DNA of 64,000 nt from an uncultured delta proteobacterium (GTDB lineage: Bacteria; Myxococcota_A; UBA9160; UBA4427): NCBI GenBank assembly GCA_963822965.1, contig CAWGJT010000012.1, positions 224,001 to 288,000 of the forward strand, given 5' to 3'. Position numbers and translations under genes: made by a program. The notes beneath the pieces are model-generated. The model saw only the letters and a program-made list of their open reading frames with translations. It was not told where the DNA came from and ran no database searches. Positions 1 through 11,325 of the stretch are shown in pieces. How positions within the stretch are numbered: position 1 is the stretch's first letter; every line of letters starts with the position of its first letter.

Positions 1-656
1 CAGATCGCCTGGAAGCCGTCCTTCCAGCCGATCTTCTTGCCCTCGTCGTACGTGCGGCCCGAGTAGGAGATGCCGATCTCGTAGATGCGCCAGTGGCCGC
101 GCGCGACCTTGGCGGTGATCTCGGGCTCCATGCCGAAACGCGACTCCTCGATCTCGATGCCCTGGATGACCTCGCGCCGGAAGAGCTTGTAGCAGGTCTC
201 CATGTCCGTGAGGTTCAGGTTCGTGAACATGTTGGAGAGCAGTGTGAGCAGCTGGTTGCCGACCTGGTGCCAGAAGTACAGCACCCGGTGGGGCTGCCCG
301 CCCATGAAGCGCGAGCCGTAGACCACGTCGGCCTTCCCGGCCAGGATCGGCTGCATCAGGTTCGGAATCTCGCGCGGGTCGTACTCGAGATCGGCATCCT
401 GGATGATGACGAGGTCCCGGGTCGCGGCCGCGACGCCCGTGCGGATGGCCGCCCCCTTGCCCTGGTTGCGCTCGTGGTAGAGCACCACGATGCCCTCTTC
501 GTTCTCGAGCTGCTGCAGCTTCTCGCGAGAGCCGTCGGTCGAGCCGTCGTCGACGAGGATGATCTCCTTGCTCACCGGAATCGCGGCGACGGCCGCCACG
601 ATGGCGTCGATGGTCTCCGCCTCGTTGTAGACCGGAATGATCACCGACAGATCCAC
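1..656 (-). CDS. Glycosyltransferase family 2 (DPM synthase-like), 3' end runs off the window
   Basis: Manual translation: [12 protein letters not shown]...DDGSTDGS...NQGKGAA...[11 protein letters not shown]...DMETCYK...[11 protein letters not shown]...[18 protein letters not shown] at 656 with GGAGGG upstream. Confidence 0.93.
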   Translation of the reverse strand, partial: MDLSVIIPVYNEAETIDAIVAAVAAIPVSKEIILVDDGSTDGSREKLQQLENEEGIVVLYHERNQGKGAAIRTGVAAATRDLVIIQDADLEYDPREIPNLMQPILAGKADVVYGSRFMGGQPHRVLYFWHQVGNQLLTLLSNMFTNLNLTDMETCYKLFRREVIQGIEIEESRFGMEPEITAKVARGHWRIYEIGISYSGRTYDEGKKIGWKDGFQAI

Positions 657-724
657 GCTGGGCCCTCCACGGCCGCGACGACCGCTCGTCGTCACCTTCT
701 CGGCGCCCGGCGCCGTTCCGGAAC

Positions 725-1600
725 CTACGGCTCCCGGAACGGCAGCCCGGGCTCCTCGCGCATTCCGCGGCGAGCCCGGGCGCCGGCCGCGGGCCATTCT
801 ACCGAGCGTTCCGTTCGAGCCACCACGAGCACCACAACGATCCAGACCGGAAGCGATTCCAGCAACACGCCGCTCGCACCCGGCCAGCCCGCCACCAGAG
901 CCAGCGCCGAGAGCACCACCGCCGCGAGCTGGATGGCGCAGGCCGCGAGCAGCAGCCGCCCCCACAGCTCGAGCCCGGCGGCCCGGGAGAGGCTTCGCCG
1001 CCGCGAGGCGTAGAGGGCGAGCCCGGTGACCGCCACGACGAGTGGCAGCCCGGCATGGATGGGCCGCAGATCGAAGCTGGCCGTCGTCGCCACGAGGGCG
1101 TGATGGTCGACGGCGAGCGCGAGGCCGACCGACGACAGCACGAACGCCGTGGCGCGAAAGAGAGCGACGGCCAGCGGCAGACCCGCCAGCTGGGCTGCCA
1201 GCTGGTAGGGGACCGGGACGACGAAGCCCGCCAACAGCGCGGTGGCGGGCGGGGCGAGGCCACGCACCAGCAGGAAGCCGGCCAGCCCGGCTGCCAGGGC
1301 GGGCCTCGCCACCCGGGGCGCCGCAGCCAGCACCGCCAGGAGCTGGAGCGCGAGGCCCCCGGCGATCAGCAGCGCGCCGGCGCCGACCCGGCGTCGCGAC
1401 GCCGGCCCCCGGTGGACGCACCAGGCGAGCAACGGCAGGAACAACGCGCTGTAGCGCGACCAGGGCTCCAGCATCCAGTGCCGCAGCAGGTCGAGGACGG
1501 TGGGCGAGAAGGCCGCCAGCAGAGCCAGCCCGAGCAGCCAGTCTCGCCGGCGTCTCGCCGGCGCCTCCGGCGCGGCAGCCCCGTGCACGTCCGAGGTCAT
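725..1600 (-). CDS. Exosortase/archaeosortase-like multi-TM membrane protein, catalytic residues apparently absent
   Basis: C-terminal part of ORF 725..2731 from MTSDVH; several TM segments, '[21 protein letters not shown]' and 'FVVPVP' resemble exosortase; start overlaps the EpsI stop. Confidence 0.7.
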   Translation of the reverse strand: MTSDVHGAAAPEAPARRRRDWLLGLALLAAFSPTVLDLLRHWMLEPWSRYSALFLPLLAWCVHRGPASRRRVGAGALLIAGGLALQLLAVLAAAPRVARPALAAGLAGFLLVRGLAPPATALLAGFVVPVPYQLAAQLAGLPLAVALFRATAFVLSSVGLALAVDHHALVATTASFDLRPIHAGLPLVVAVTGLALYASRRRSLSRAAGLELWGRLLLAACAIQLAAVVLSALALVAGWPGASGVLLESLPVWIVVVLVVARTERSVEWPAAGARARRGMREEPGLPFREP

Positions 1601-2295
1601 CGGCTGACGGCCACCTTGCCCGGCGCAGCGGTCTCGACGGTCTCCCGGGGCCAGTGCTCCTGGAGCGGCTCCAGGAGCTCCCGAGCCAGGGCGCGCAGGC
1701 GCGCGCGTGCGATGCCCTCGTCCTCCCCCGATGCGATGGGCGTGCTGAGGCGCACGAGCGAGCCGTCGGCGCGTCCGGAGCGGATGCGGCTGACGAACCG
1801 CTCGACGGCCTGATCGAAGCCGCCGAGCATGCCCGTGCGGCGGTGCGACTGGTACCAGAAGTGGACGAGGCGGCGTTCTCCGGCCTTCTCGACCACGAGC
1901 TCGTTGGCCCGGACGATGTCGTCCGGGGTCCGCGCGACCTCGTCCACCACGCCGTGCCGAACGATCGTCCAGCCGTTGCTCGGATAGCAGACCCACGGTG
2001 TGTGCTCGGGGCGTCCGCCGCGCTCGGTTCCGTAGTAGCCGACGTAGAGCCAGACGAAGTCGCCGAACGGCCCCACGTAGACGCGCTGCAGGTTGAAGTC
2101 GGCGGCGAGCATCTGCTCGACGCCGCTGTCCATGGCGATGTCCCGGCCGCGCCAGCCGGCGATCTCCAGGGGGAGGCCGGCAAGGGTGTTCGCCTGGACG
2201 GCGAGGGGCTCCCGCTGCTGCAGGAACCACGACAGCGCTCCGAAGGCGATCAGCAGCGGCACCAGGACGGCGATCGAACCGCGCTCCAGGTTCAC
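1597..2295 (-). CDS. epsI: EpsI family exosortase-associated protein
   Basis: N-terminal [44 protein letters not shown] motifs. Confidence 0.9.
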   Translation of the reverse strand: MNLERGSIAVLVPLLIAFGALSWFLQQREPLAVQANTLAGLPLEIAGWRGRDIAMDSGVEQMLAADFNLQRVYVGPFGDFVWLYVGYYGTERGGRPEHTPWVCYPSNGWTIVRHGVVDEVARTPDDIVRANELVVEKAGERRLVHFWYQSHRRTGMLGGFDQAVERFVSRIRSGRADGSLVRLSTPIASGEDEGIARARLRALARELLEPLQEHWPRETVETAAPGKVAVSR

Positions 2296-2633
2296 GATGC
2301 AGGGCTCCCCATGGCCCGGGTATCGGCACTTCGCCGCGTGGACATCGTACGGACGGCCGCGCGGACATCGGTACGGACGCCGAGCACCCGCGGCGGGTGG
2401 CCTGGCGGACGGGACAGGGTAGCAGCGGACCCGCTCGATCCCCTGGGGGCGGCGGGCGGGGACCCGGCCCGCGGCGGATCACAGCCGCTCCGCCGAGCCT
2501 GTGAGCACGGTCACGAGCCCCGGGTGCTCCCCGGTCGATGTCTCGAGAGCCGGAAGGGACGAACGTTCCCGGCGCCTTCCGCGCCCGAAGGGTGGCGGCG
2601 CAGACACCGGGAGACAGCGAGGAGGCCAGCATC

Positions 2634-3002
2634 ATGGGTCGAGCCATCAAGCGCATCGGTTTCGGAATCGCCTTCGCGACGCTCTTCGTCGCCGCACAGG
2701 CACAGGCGCGACCGGAGACCCTGCGATTCACCTACCCCGATCCCAGCGCGGTGAGCTCCTTCCGCGTCTACGTGGGCAGCGCCTCGGGGCAGAGCGACGT
2801 CCTGACCCAGACGCTCACGTCGTTCGGCTCGCCCGATGCCGACGGCGTGTACTCGGTCACGGTGGAGATCGACTCCCCGGACACAGTCTTCATCCGCCTG
2901 ACCGCCCTGGGCGCCGACTCGAACGAGAGCGTGGCGTCGAACGAGGTCCAGCGCAGCGCACCGCTCGGCGCGCCCGGACGCCCGGTGGTCGTCGTCCCCT
3001 AG
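2634..3002 (+). CDS. Small secreted beta-sandwich (fibronectin type III-like) protein
   Basis: GAGGAGG RBS; signal peptide ending AQA; FRVYVG.ASG and 'LTALGADSNESVASNEV' resemble the FN3 C-terminal motif. Confidence 0.7.
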   Translation: MGRAIKRIGFGIAFATLFVAAQAQARPETLRFTYPDPSAVSSFRVYVGSASGQSDVLTQTLTSFGSPDADGVYSVTVEIDSPDTVFIRLTALGADSNESVASNEVQRSAPLGAPGRPVVVVP

Positions 3003-3166
3003 GTTCTCCGTCCAGCCGGGGCCGAAGAGGCCGATCCGGCTCCCCGGGGAGCGCGCACCCCAGCGAACCTAAAGGAAAATCCTCTCGTTCCCTCTAAGTG
3101 GAGAGCGGACCTGCACCGGCGTGCGGGCCCTCCCTGCTTGCTCCGACTCCGGGCGACGAAGGCCGC

Positions 3167-3859
3167 GTGCGCGCGATCGCTCTGATTCTCACCGTCCTGA
3201 CCGGGTTCAGCGGGCTCGTCTACCAGGTGACGTGGCAGAAGTACCTGGCGGTCCTGCTGGGCTCCCACAGCGAGGCCACGGCCGCGGTGCTCGGGATCTT
3301 CCTGGGCGGCCTCTCCTCCGGCTACCTGCGGTCCCCCGTGAAGCTCTCCTCGGGACTCTTCCGCATCCGGGAGCCCTTCGCGTACTCCTACGAGGCACCG
3401 GATCGCATCTTCGAGCTGAAGCGCCGCGACCTCGGCGAGGACTTCGTGAAGTTCTACCGCGACGATCCCATCGCCTCGATCGCCGTGCAGGAGGGCGCGG
3501 GCGGGTCGCTCGCGATCGTCACCAACGGCAAGAGCGACGGGAACATCCCGCTGGACGACGAGACCCAGGAGCTACTCGCGCTGCTGCCCGCGCTGACCGC
3601 CCGCGGCGGGAGCCGCGCCTTCGTGATCGGCTACGCCACGGGCATGACCGTGGGCGCGCTCGGCGGCCTCGACGAGAACCTGCTGCGAACCCTCTCCGGC
3701 TGGTTCGACCCGGAGCCGGCGAGCGCCGAGCAGCCGCCCAGCGAGCAGTGGCGGCGCTACTTCCATCACGCGGCGCCGTTCGCGCTCGACGCCGGGACGA
3801 CGGCCACGTCCACGGGAGCCGGAACGCCGCATGCGAGCCTCACCCAGCGCGAGCCGTGA
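3167..3859 (+). pseudogene. Internally deleted fused MFS/spermidine-synthase-like gene
   Basis: First TM block (GFSGLVYQVTWQKYL..LLGS..A...VLGIFLGGL) joined to the SAM-domain start (NGKSDG, AFVIGYATGMTVG); only about 230 aa. Confidence 0.65.
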
Positions 3860-4015
3860 CGCCGGCGCGGCAGCCGCACGACCGCGACCCGAGACGGTCG
3901 GCGCGCGCCGCAGACGGCGAGCGGCTCCCTCCGCTAGCTTCTGCCTCGCGCCGGGTGGCGCCGCGACGTCCTCGAGCCCGGGCGGCGTGCGCCAGCGCCG
4001 GAGCCGGGAGCCCGC

Positions 4016-4510
<495 letters not shown>

Positions 4511-6056
4511 GGGGGTCGCGCGGCACCGTGTTGGGGGAGCACCCCCGAGACCCGCAGGGTCGAGACGATCAGGTTGCGCACCGGCGCCTCGCGCACGAAC
4601 GTGAGGTGACCGCCCTGGTACCAGACCATCGGCGGACGTCCCCAGTGCTCGTACAGGTCGCGGACCTGGTCCGGCGGAACCAGCCGATCCGCGACGCCGC
4701 CGAAGATCGCCCGACCGATGCGCGGCACCTTGGGCTCCAGCACCAGGGGCGACACCACGCGGAAGACCTGGGCGAGGAGCTCCGGCGTGATGCCTCCTTC
4801 CCGAAGCTCGCGCGCCTGCACCTCGTGGGAGTGCTCGAAGAGGAGCCGCTCGAAGCTCGTCGCCGGGATCCCCGGGATCGCGCACGCCAGGTCGTCGTCG
4901 AGGCAGGCGAGGAGCGCCGTGTTGTAGCCCCCCAACGAGAGGCCCAGCACGCCGATCGAGGGCGGCTCCTGGAAACGGATCCACGAGAGCAGGCGCCGGA
5001 TGTCCCACATCGCCTGGGCCTCGGCATGCACCGTGTCGAGGGCGTTGCCGCCCATGAAGCCGTCGCCGCTCCGGCGCCCGTACTTGCGTTCCCCGTGCAG
5101 GGGCAGCACCGGCAGCAGCAGGTTGAGGCCGAGCTTGTGGTGGTAGTAGCGCGGATCGAAGGCGCTGAGGTCGGACAGCGCCGATCCCATCTGGTAGCCG
5201 TGGATGCAGACGAGCCAGGGCCGCGGCGGTCCGGGATGCCGCAGCACGCGGGCGATGGCGGTGCGGTTCTTGGAGTACCCGAGCCAGCGCTCGCGACCGG
5301 GCTCCTCGCTGTGGGGCTCGTACTCGCTGTCGAAGCAGAGGTGCTCGAACTCGATGCCCCGGGCCCGGGCGGTCCGGATGCGCGGCGCGTCGAGGGCCAG
5401 CGGAGGCCGGTGATAGCTCTCGGGCTTCTCGAGCCAGCCGCGGGCGGCGAAGACCTGCAGCGCCTCCTCGATCTCCCCCCGGATGCGCGCGACGCGACTG
5501 CCTCGCGGCAGGGTGCGGGTGACGTTCATGGTGGAGAGGACGGCCTCGTCGAGGGCCACCTTGGCGGCCATCCCGCTGCTGGCCCGCGGCGGTGGAACGC
5601 CCTCGGTCTCGCGCGAGATCCGCAGGGAGATGCGGCCCGCGGCCACGAAGGACGCGGCGGACAGCAGGGCCAGCGCCACCGCGCTCCAGAAGCCGATGAC
5701 GAAGACCGCCGGCAGGGCCAGCAGCACCCCGATCACCGCGCCTAGGGCGCCGAACTGCAGCATGCGGCGGTCGTCGGACCAGAGCAGCTCCCCGGCACCG
5801 GTGGCAACCAGCAGCACCCCGGGCAGCAGCGCCAGCCCGAGCCCGAACGCCCCGTCCGCGGCGCCGAAGCCGAGCCAGCAGATGCCGGTCACCAGCGGCA
5901 CCCAGGCCTCGTGCGACCTACGCTTTTCGTCTTCCATCGCGTCCTCCGAGGAATGCGCAGGATAACGCCCCCGGCACGGGGCGGCCCCCATCGGGGCATG
6001 CGAGCCGCCGGACCGATCGGGGCCGAATCCGAGCGGATCCGAGTAGAATGGGCGCA

Positions 6057-8501
6057 ATGGTTCGACGTCGGCTCGCGGCTTCCCCGCTCGAGAACGAGCC
6101 TCGCTGGCCCGACGCCCGAGGGCGTCGGATCGTGTTCCTGATGGACACCTCGAGCGCCGTGGAGCGCCTGCTGCTGCGCGCCTGGGCCGAGCGCGCGCGG
6201 GCCGCCGCGCCCGCTGGCCAGGCGCCCGGCGCCGACGCCGAGGCGCTCTTCCTCGAGATTCCGCCCACACGCCGGCGCCGGCGCCGGCGCGAGATCGACC
6301 CGCGCCTCGAAGCCGCACTCGCCTCGGACGACGATCCGCTGATGGCGCCGCTGCGGGTCGCCTGGCTGCCCCGGCTGGTGAACGGCGAGCGGGCGGCCCG
6401 CCTCTCGGACCTGCTGAAGCTCGGCGATCCCCGAGACCCGAGCTTCCCGCGACAGCTGTGGGTGCTCGCCCGCCGACGGGACCGCTGCCGCATCGTGGCC
6501 GGCGAGCCGGCGCCCGCCTCGGACCTGCGGCGTCGCTGGCGGGACGCAGGCGGTGCGGACGCCGGCCAGACCGGCGGCCTGGCGGACTTCGTCGCGCGCC
6601 AGGCGGCCCTGGCCCTCGAGCGCGCCGAGCGCACCGTTCGCGGGGCCCGCTACAAGGTGCCCCGTCTGATCCGGGAGGAGATCCTCGAGCGGCCGGCCTT
6701 CCGCGGCGGGCTCCAGCGCATCGCCCACGAAGCGGGGGTCCCCCTGGCCCGCGCGACGAAGCTGGCCCAGCGCTACCTCGCGGAGATCGCCGCGGCTCAC
6801 AGCCCCTTCGTGATCGACCTCGCCTCGGTGCTGATCCGCTGGATCTACACGCGCAGCTACAGCGAGGAGCTGCAGTACGACCGGGAGAAGCTCGCGGGCA
6901 TCGCGAAGCTCGCCCAGCGCCACCCGGTGGTCTTCCTGCCCACCCACAAGTCGAACCTCGACCACCTCGTCCTGCAGTACATGCTCTATGAGCACGGCCT
7001 GCCACCGAACCACACCGCCGGCGGCATCAACATGAACTTCTTTCCGGTGGGCCCGCTGGTGCGGCGCAGCGGCGTGTTCTTCATCCGCCGCACCTTCAAG
7101 GACAACCCGATCTACAAGCACGTGCTGCGGAGCTACGTCGACTACCTGATCGAGAAGCGCTTCAACCTCGAGTGGTACATCGAGGGCGGGCGATCGCGTT
7201 CGGGGAAGCTGCTGCCGCCGCGCTTCGGGATGCTCGCCTACGTGGTGGACGCGTTCCGCCGGGGCCGCAGCGACGACGTCTACCTCATCCCCGTCTCGAT
7301 CGCCTATGACCTGATCCAGGACGTTGGCTCCTACTCGGCAGAGGCCCAGGGCGCCGCCAAGCAGGCGGAGAGCTTCGGCTGGTTCGTGGGCTTCCTGCGC
7401 GGCTTCGCCACCCGCTCCGGGGAGATCCACATCCGCTTCGGAGACCCGCTCTCCCTGGCCGCCACGCTCTCGGCGCCCCACCGCGGCGGCGGGGCCAACG
7501 GCGAAGGCGTGTCCGACCCGGACGAGCAGGACCTGGAGCTGCAGAAGCTGGCCTTCGAGGTGGCGGTCCGGATCAACCAGGTCACGCCCATCACGCCCAC
7601 CTCCCTGGTCACCCTGGCGCTGCTCGGCTGGGGGGACCGGGCGGTCACGGTCCCCGAGGTGCGCATCAGTCTGAAGAACCTGCTCGACATGGTCGAGCAG
7701 CGGAAGCGGCCCGCCACCACGGCCCTCGAGCCCCTGCGCGGCGACGAGGGCGTGCGCGCGGCCCTCCAGGCGCTGGTCGAGCACGGCCTGCTCTCCTGCT
7801 ACGACGAGGGACCCGAGGCGGTCTACGTGATCGCCCGGGACCAGGAGCTCACCGCCGCCTACTACCGCAACACGGTCATCCACTTCTTCGTGAACAGCGC
7901 CATCTGCGAGCTGGCCCTGCTCCGCGCCGCCGAGGCCCACGGCGAGGACGACTTCGACCCGGTCGCGACCTTCCGGGACGAGACCATGCGCCTGCGGGAC
8001 CTCTTCAAGTTCGAGTTCTTCTTCGCGGAGAAGGAGGCTTTCCGCCGCGAGATCCACGACGAGATGCAGCTCCAAGACCCCCACTGGGAGGAGAAGCTCC
8101 ACGCGAGCCCCGAAGCCGGCCCGGAGATCGTGCGGCGCATGCGTCCATTCAGCGCCCATCGCACCCTGCGTCCCTTCCTCGAGAGCTACCAGGTGGTGAG
8201 CGAGATCCTGACCCGCTGCGACCCGGAGGCGCCGTTCGACGAGGCCCGCTTCCTCGCCGAGTGCCTGGGCCTGGGCAAGCAGCGGCTGCTGCAGCGACGC
8301 GTGCACTCCGGCTCGTCGGTCTCGAAGGTGCTCTTCCAGACGGCGCTCAAGCTCGCCCGAAACCGCGGCCTGGTCGACCCCGGAGCGCCCGACCTCGCGA
8401 TGCGCCGGCAGGCGTTCGCAGCGGAGATTCGCGACGCACTGCGTCGCGCCGAGGCAGTGGCGGCCCTGGCCGCCTCGCGTCGCGCCGGCCTCATTCCCTG
8501 A
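6057..8501 (+). CDS. plsB: Glycerol-3-phosphate acyltransferase
   Basis: HKSNLD (HX4D), FFIRR, YIEGGRSRSGKLL, IPVSIAYD motifs. Confidence 0.92.
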   Translation: MVRRRLAASPLENEPRWPDARGRRIVFLMDTSSAVERLLLRAWAERARAAAPAGQAPGADAEALFLEIPPTRRRRRRREIDPRLEAALASDDDPLMAPLRVAWLPRLVNGERAARLSDLLKLGDPRDPSFPRQLWVLARRRDRCRIVAGEPAPASDLRRRWRDAGGADAGQTGGLADFVARQAALALERAERTVRGARYKVPRLIREEILERPAFRGGLQRIAHEAGVPLARATKLAQRYLAEIAAAHSPFVIDLASVLIRWIYTRSYSEELQYDREKLAGIAKLAQRHPVVFLPTHKSNLDHLVLQYMLYEHGLPPNHTAGGINMNFFPVGPLVRRSGVFFIRRTFKDNPIYKHVLRSYVDYLIEKRFNLEWYIEGGRSRSGKLLPPRFGMLAYVVDAFRRGRSDDVYLIPVSIAYDLIQDVGSYSAEAQGAAKQAESFGWFVGFLRGFATRSGEIHIRFGDPLSLAATLSAPHRGGGANGEGVSDPDEQDLELQKLAFEVAVRINQVTPITPTSLVTLALLGWGDRAVTVPEVRISLKNLLDMVEQRKRPATTALEPLRGDEGVRAALQALVEHGLLSCYDEGPEAVYVIARDQELTAAYYRNTVIHFFVNSAICELALLRAAEAHGEDDFDPVATFRDETMRLRDLFKFEFFFAEKEAFRREIHDEMQLQDPHWEEKLHASPEAGPEIVRRMRPFSAHRTLRPFLESYQVVSEILTRCDPEAPFDEARFLAECLGLGKQRLLQRRVHSGSSVSKVLFQTALKLARNRGLVDPGAPDLAMRRQAFAAEIRDALRRAEAVAALAASRRAGLIP

Positions 8502-8701
8502 AGCGGTAAGCGACTTCCCTTCCCGGCCGCGCGCGAGCGTGCGACGAGACACGCACGCGTGTGCAGGAGGGGCCCCAACCGGCTAGCGCCACTCGCGCTT
8601 CACACGGCGGCCGCTTCCCCGATCCGCGCTGGCAGGGGGATTGCACGTAGGTAGGGGAGCAGGGGAGCAAGGAGACCAGCAGCCGACTTCGAGGAGGCGC
8701 G

Positions 8702-9874
8702 ATGCAGATTCGCCTGGCGACGCTCAACGCGTGGGGAATTCCCGAACCCATCGGGCGCGACGTCCAGGAACGCATCGATGCCATCGGCAAGCACCTCTCC
8801 TCCCTCGACCTCGACGTGATGGCCTTCCAGGAGGTCTGGACCCGGGAGGCCGCGCTGCGCCTGCGCGACGCCGGGCGCGCCGCAGGCCTGCCGCACTGCT
8901 GGTTCGGAGACGAGACCTTCGGAGCCGGCGGCCTGCTCGTGCTCTCGCGCCTGCCCATCGAGAAGGTCCGCTTCGAGCCCTACGCGGTCACCGGGGCCCC
9001 GGAGCGAGTCGTCCGCAACCTCGAGTACGTGGCCGGCAAGGGCTTCGCGACGATCCAGGTCACGACCCCCTCGGGCCCGCTGGTAGTGGTGGATACCCAC
9101 CTGCACGCCCGCTACGGCAGCATCGCCGCCCACAAGCACGCGGCGCAGCGCACCGGCCAGGTCGTGCAGATGACGAGCCGCTTCATCGACTCGCCGCTTC
9201 CCATGGTCGTGGTGGGCGACTTCAACTTCCAGGAGGGCGAGGCCGACTACCGGGTGCTGACCGACATCCTGGGCCTGCGCGACGTGGCGGCGGCCCTGGA
9301 CCGGCGCATCCCCACCACCCTCCGGAGCAACCCCTACGGCCAGCGCAGCTTCGACCGCCGCAAGGACTTCGTCTTCGTCCGCGACGGTCGGGGGGTCCGG
9401 GTGACGCCCCGCAGCCTGGTCCGCGCCTTCGACGAGACCCTGCACTTCGACGGGCGGCCCGCCGCCTACTCGAACCACGCGGGACTGCTGGTGCAGCTGG
9501 AGGTCGGCGCGGCCGAGACGACCGCGTGGTCGCACAGCTACCCGGACGCCGGCGTCTTCGACCTGGCCGCCAGCAAGCTGGCGGAGGGCGAGCGCCTGGC
9601 CCGGGCGCGACAGAACGGCGGGCGCCGCATCTCGGGGATCGGCATCGGGGTCTCGACCCTCGCCGCCCTGGCGGCGGCGCCCCGCCGCATGAGCCGGCGC
9701 AAGATGCTCCGCGCCTCGCTCGCCAGCGCCGCCCTGCTCGGCCTGCCGCCGGGCATCGGCTACTCGGTGGTCTCCGAGGTGCTGGTCCCCGACGAGATCC
9801 GCGCCTTCCGCCGGGCCGCCGACCAGCTCGCCCACCTGCGCTCGGAAGCCGAGGACGAGTCGCTGGCGTCCTGA
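8702..9874 (+). CDS. Endonuclease/exonuclease/phosphatase family, neutral sphingomyelinase-like, with two C-terminal hydrophobic segments
   Basis: TLNAWG, FQEVW, GLLVLSRLPI, THLHA, GDFN, RKDFVF, SNH; GAGGAGG RBS. Confidence 0.85.
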   Translation: MQIRLATLNAWGIPEPIGRDVQERIDAIGKHLSSLDLDVMAFQEVWTREAALRLRDAGRAAGLPHCWFGDETFGAGGLLVLSRLPIEKVRFEPYAVTGAPERVVRNLEYVAGKGFATIQVTTPSGPLVVVDTHLHARYGSIAAHKHAAQRTGQVVQMTSRFIDSPLPMVVVGDFNFQEGEADYRVLTDILGLRDVAAALDRRIPTTLRSNPYGQRSFDRRKDFVFVRDGRGVRVTPRSLVRAFDETLHFDGRPAAYSNHAGLLVQLEVGAAETTAWSHSYPDAGVFDLAASKLAEGERLARARQNGGRRISGIGIGVSTLAALAAAPRRMSRRKMLRASLASAALLGLPPGIGYSVVSEVLVPDEIRAFRRAADQLAHLRSEAEDESLAS

Positions 9875-9902
9875 ACCCCGGGGCGCCCCCGACGTCCCGC
9901 GG

Positions 9903-11240
9903 CTACGAGAACAGCCCCACGATCGCGTGCCAGGTGGCGGGCACCGAGTGCCACAGCACGAAGAGCAGCACGACGGGCACCGCGAAGCGCAGCAGCAGGA
10001 GCCAGAGGCCGAGCCAGCCCTGCCGCCCGCCGGCCCGCGCCTGCTCCACCGGATCCTTCATCACCCAGCCCACGAACACCGCGAGCCCGAGGCCGCCGCC
10101 CACCAGGAAGAGGTTGTTGGCCACCGAGTCCATCACGCCGAGGACATCGGTGCTCCAGGCGGACACGGCCCCGAGCGCCGTGATGGCGGCGCCGGTGATG
10201 AGCGCGGCGGTGTGGCGGGCCCAGCCCAGACCGTCCATGGTGGCGGAGACCACCACCTCGAGCAGCGAGATCGCCGACGTCAGGGCGCCCACCACCAGGG
10301 CGACGAAGAAGCAGAAGCCCACGACGCGCCCCGCCACGCCCATGCCCGCGAACGCCTTGGGCAACGCCACGAAGAGCGCGCCGATGGTGCTGCCCGAGAC
10401 GTCCCCCTGCAGCCCCAGGGCGAAGATCAGCGGGAACACCATCAGGCCGGCCACGAAGGCCACGCCGAAGTCCGCGCCGGCGATGATGGCCGACTCGGCG
10501 GGCAGGTCGTTGTCCCGGCTCAGGTAGCTCGCGTAGGTGAGCATCGCGCCCATGCCGAGGCTCAGGCTGAAGAAGGCCTGGCCGGCCGCGTCGATCACCA
10601 CCTGGGCGGACAGGGCGTTCGTGAAGTCGGCGTTCAGATAGTAGGCGTAGCCGGGGCCGGCACCGTCGAGGGTGGCGGCGTAGAGGGCGATGCCGATCAC
10701 GAGCGCGAAGAGCGCCGGCATGGCGACGAGGGAGACGCGCTCGATGCCCGTCGTGACGCCGCTCCACACGATGGCGACCGTGGCCGCCATGAAGGCCACG
10801 TGGAACCCGAAGGCGCCCGGCCCCTGGCTGATCTCGCCGAAGTGCGAGGCCGTGTCGGCCCCGAAGCCCGTCAGGGCCTCGCCCGCGTAGCGCACCGTCC
10901 AGCCGGCGATGACGCTGTAGTACGAGAGGATGAGAAAGCCCGCGACGACGAAGACGAAGCCCAGGGCCTTCCAGGCCGGGCTGCCCCCCGCCTCCTGTGC
11001 GAAGTGGGCCAGGGCCTGGATGGGGCTCTTGCCGGCGCCCCGGCCGATGGTGAGCTCCGCCAGCATCACCGGCAGGCCGACGATCAGGGTGAAGCCCAGG
11101 TAGAGCGCCACGAAGGCGGCGCCCCCGCTCTCCGCCGTGAGATACGAGAAGCGCCACATGTTGCCGAGCCCGACCGCCGAGCCGATGGCGGCCAGGATGA
11201 AGCCGGCCTTGCTGTTCCACTGCTCGCGCGAAGCGGCCAT
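9903..11240 (-). CDS. Sodium-dependent transporter, NSS/SNF family
   Basis: GSAVGLGNMWRF, GGAAF, QAFFSLSLG. Confidence 0.95.
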   Translation of the reverse strand: MAASREQWNSKAGFILAAIGSAVGLGNMWRFSYLTAESGGAAFVALYLGFTLIVGLPVMLAELTIGRGAGKSPIQALAHFAQEAGGSPAWKALGFVFVVAGFLILSYYSVIAGWTVRYAGEALTGFGADTASHFGEISQGPGAFGFHVAFMAATVAIVWSGVTTGIERVSLVAMPALFALVIGIALYAATLDGAGPGYAYYLNADFTNALSAQVVIDAAGQAFFSLSLGMGAMLTYASYLSRDNDLPAESAIIAGADFGVAFVAGLMVFPLIFALGLQGDVSGSTIGALFVALPKAFAGMGVAGRVVGFCFFVALVVGALTSAISLLEVVVSATMDGLGWARHTAALITGAAITALGAVSAWSTDVLGVMDSVANNLFLVGGGLGLAVFVGWVMKDPVEQARAGGRQGWLGLWLLLLRFAVPVVLLFVLWHSVPATWHAIVGLFS

Positions 11241-11325
11241 TCCTCTCTCCCCCCGAAGAGAAACTCCGCGGGAAGATAGAGGCCGACCCCGTCGCGCGCA
11301 GGGCTATTCGGGCTGCGGCGCGTCC

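Noticed and set aside
3061..3100. AT-rich patch as an alternative-sigma promoter
   Set aside because: Fits sigma28-like and ECF-like patterns only weakly and ambiguously; not supportable.
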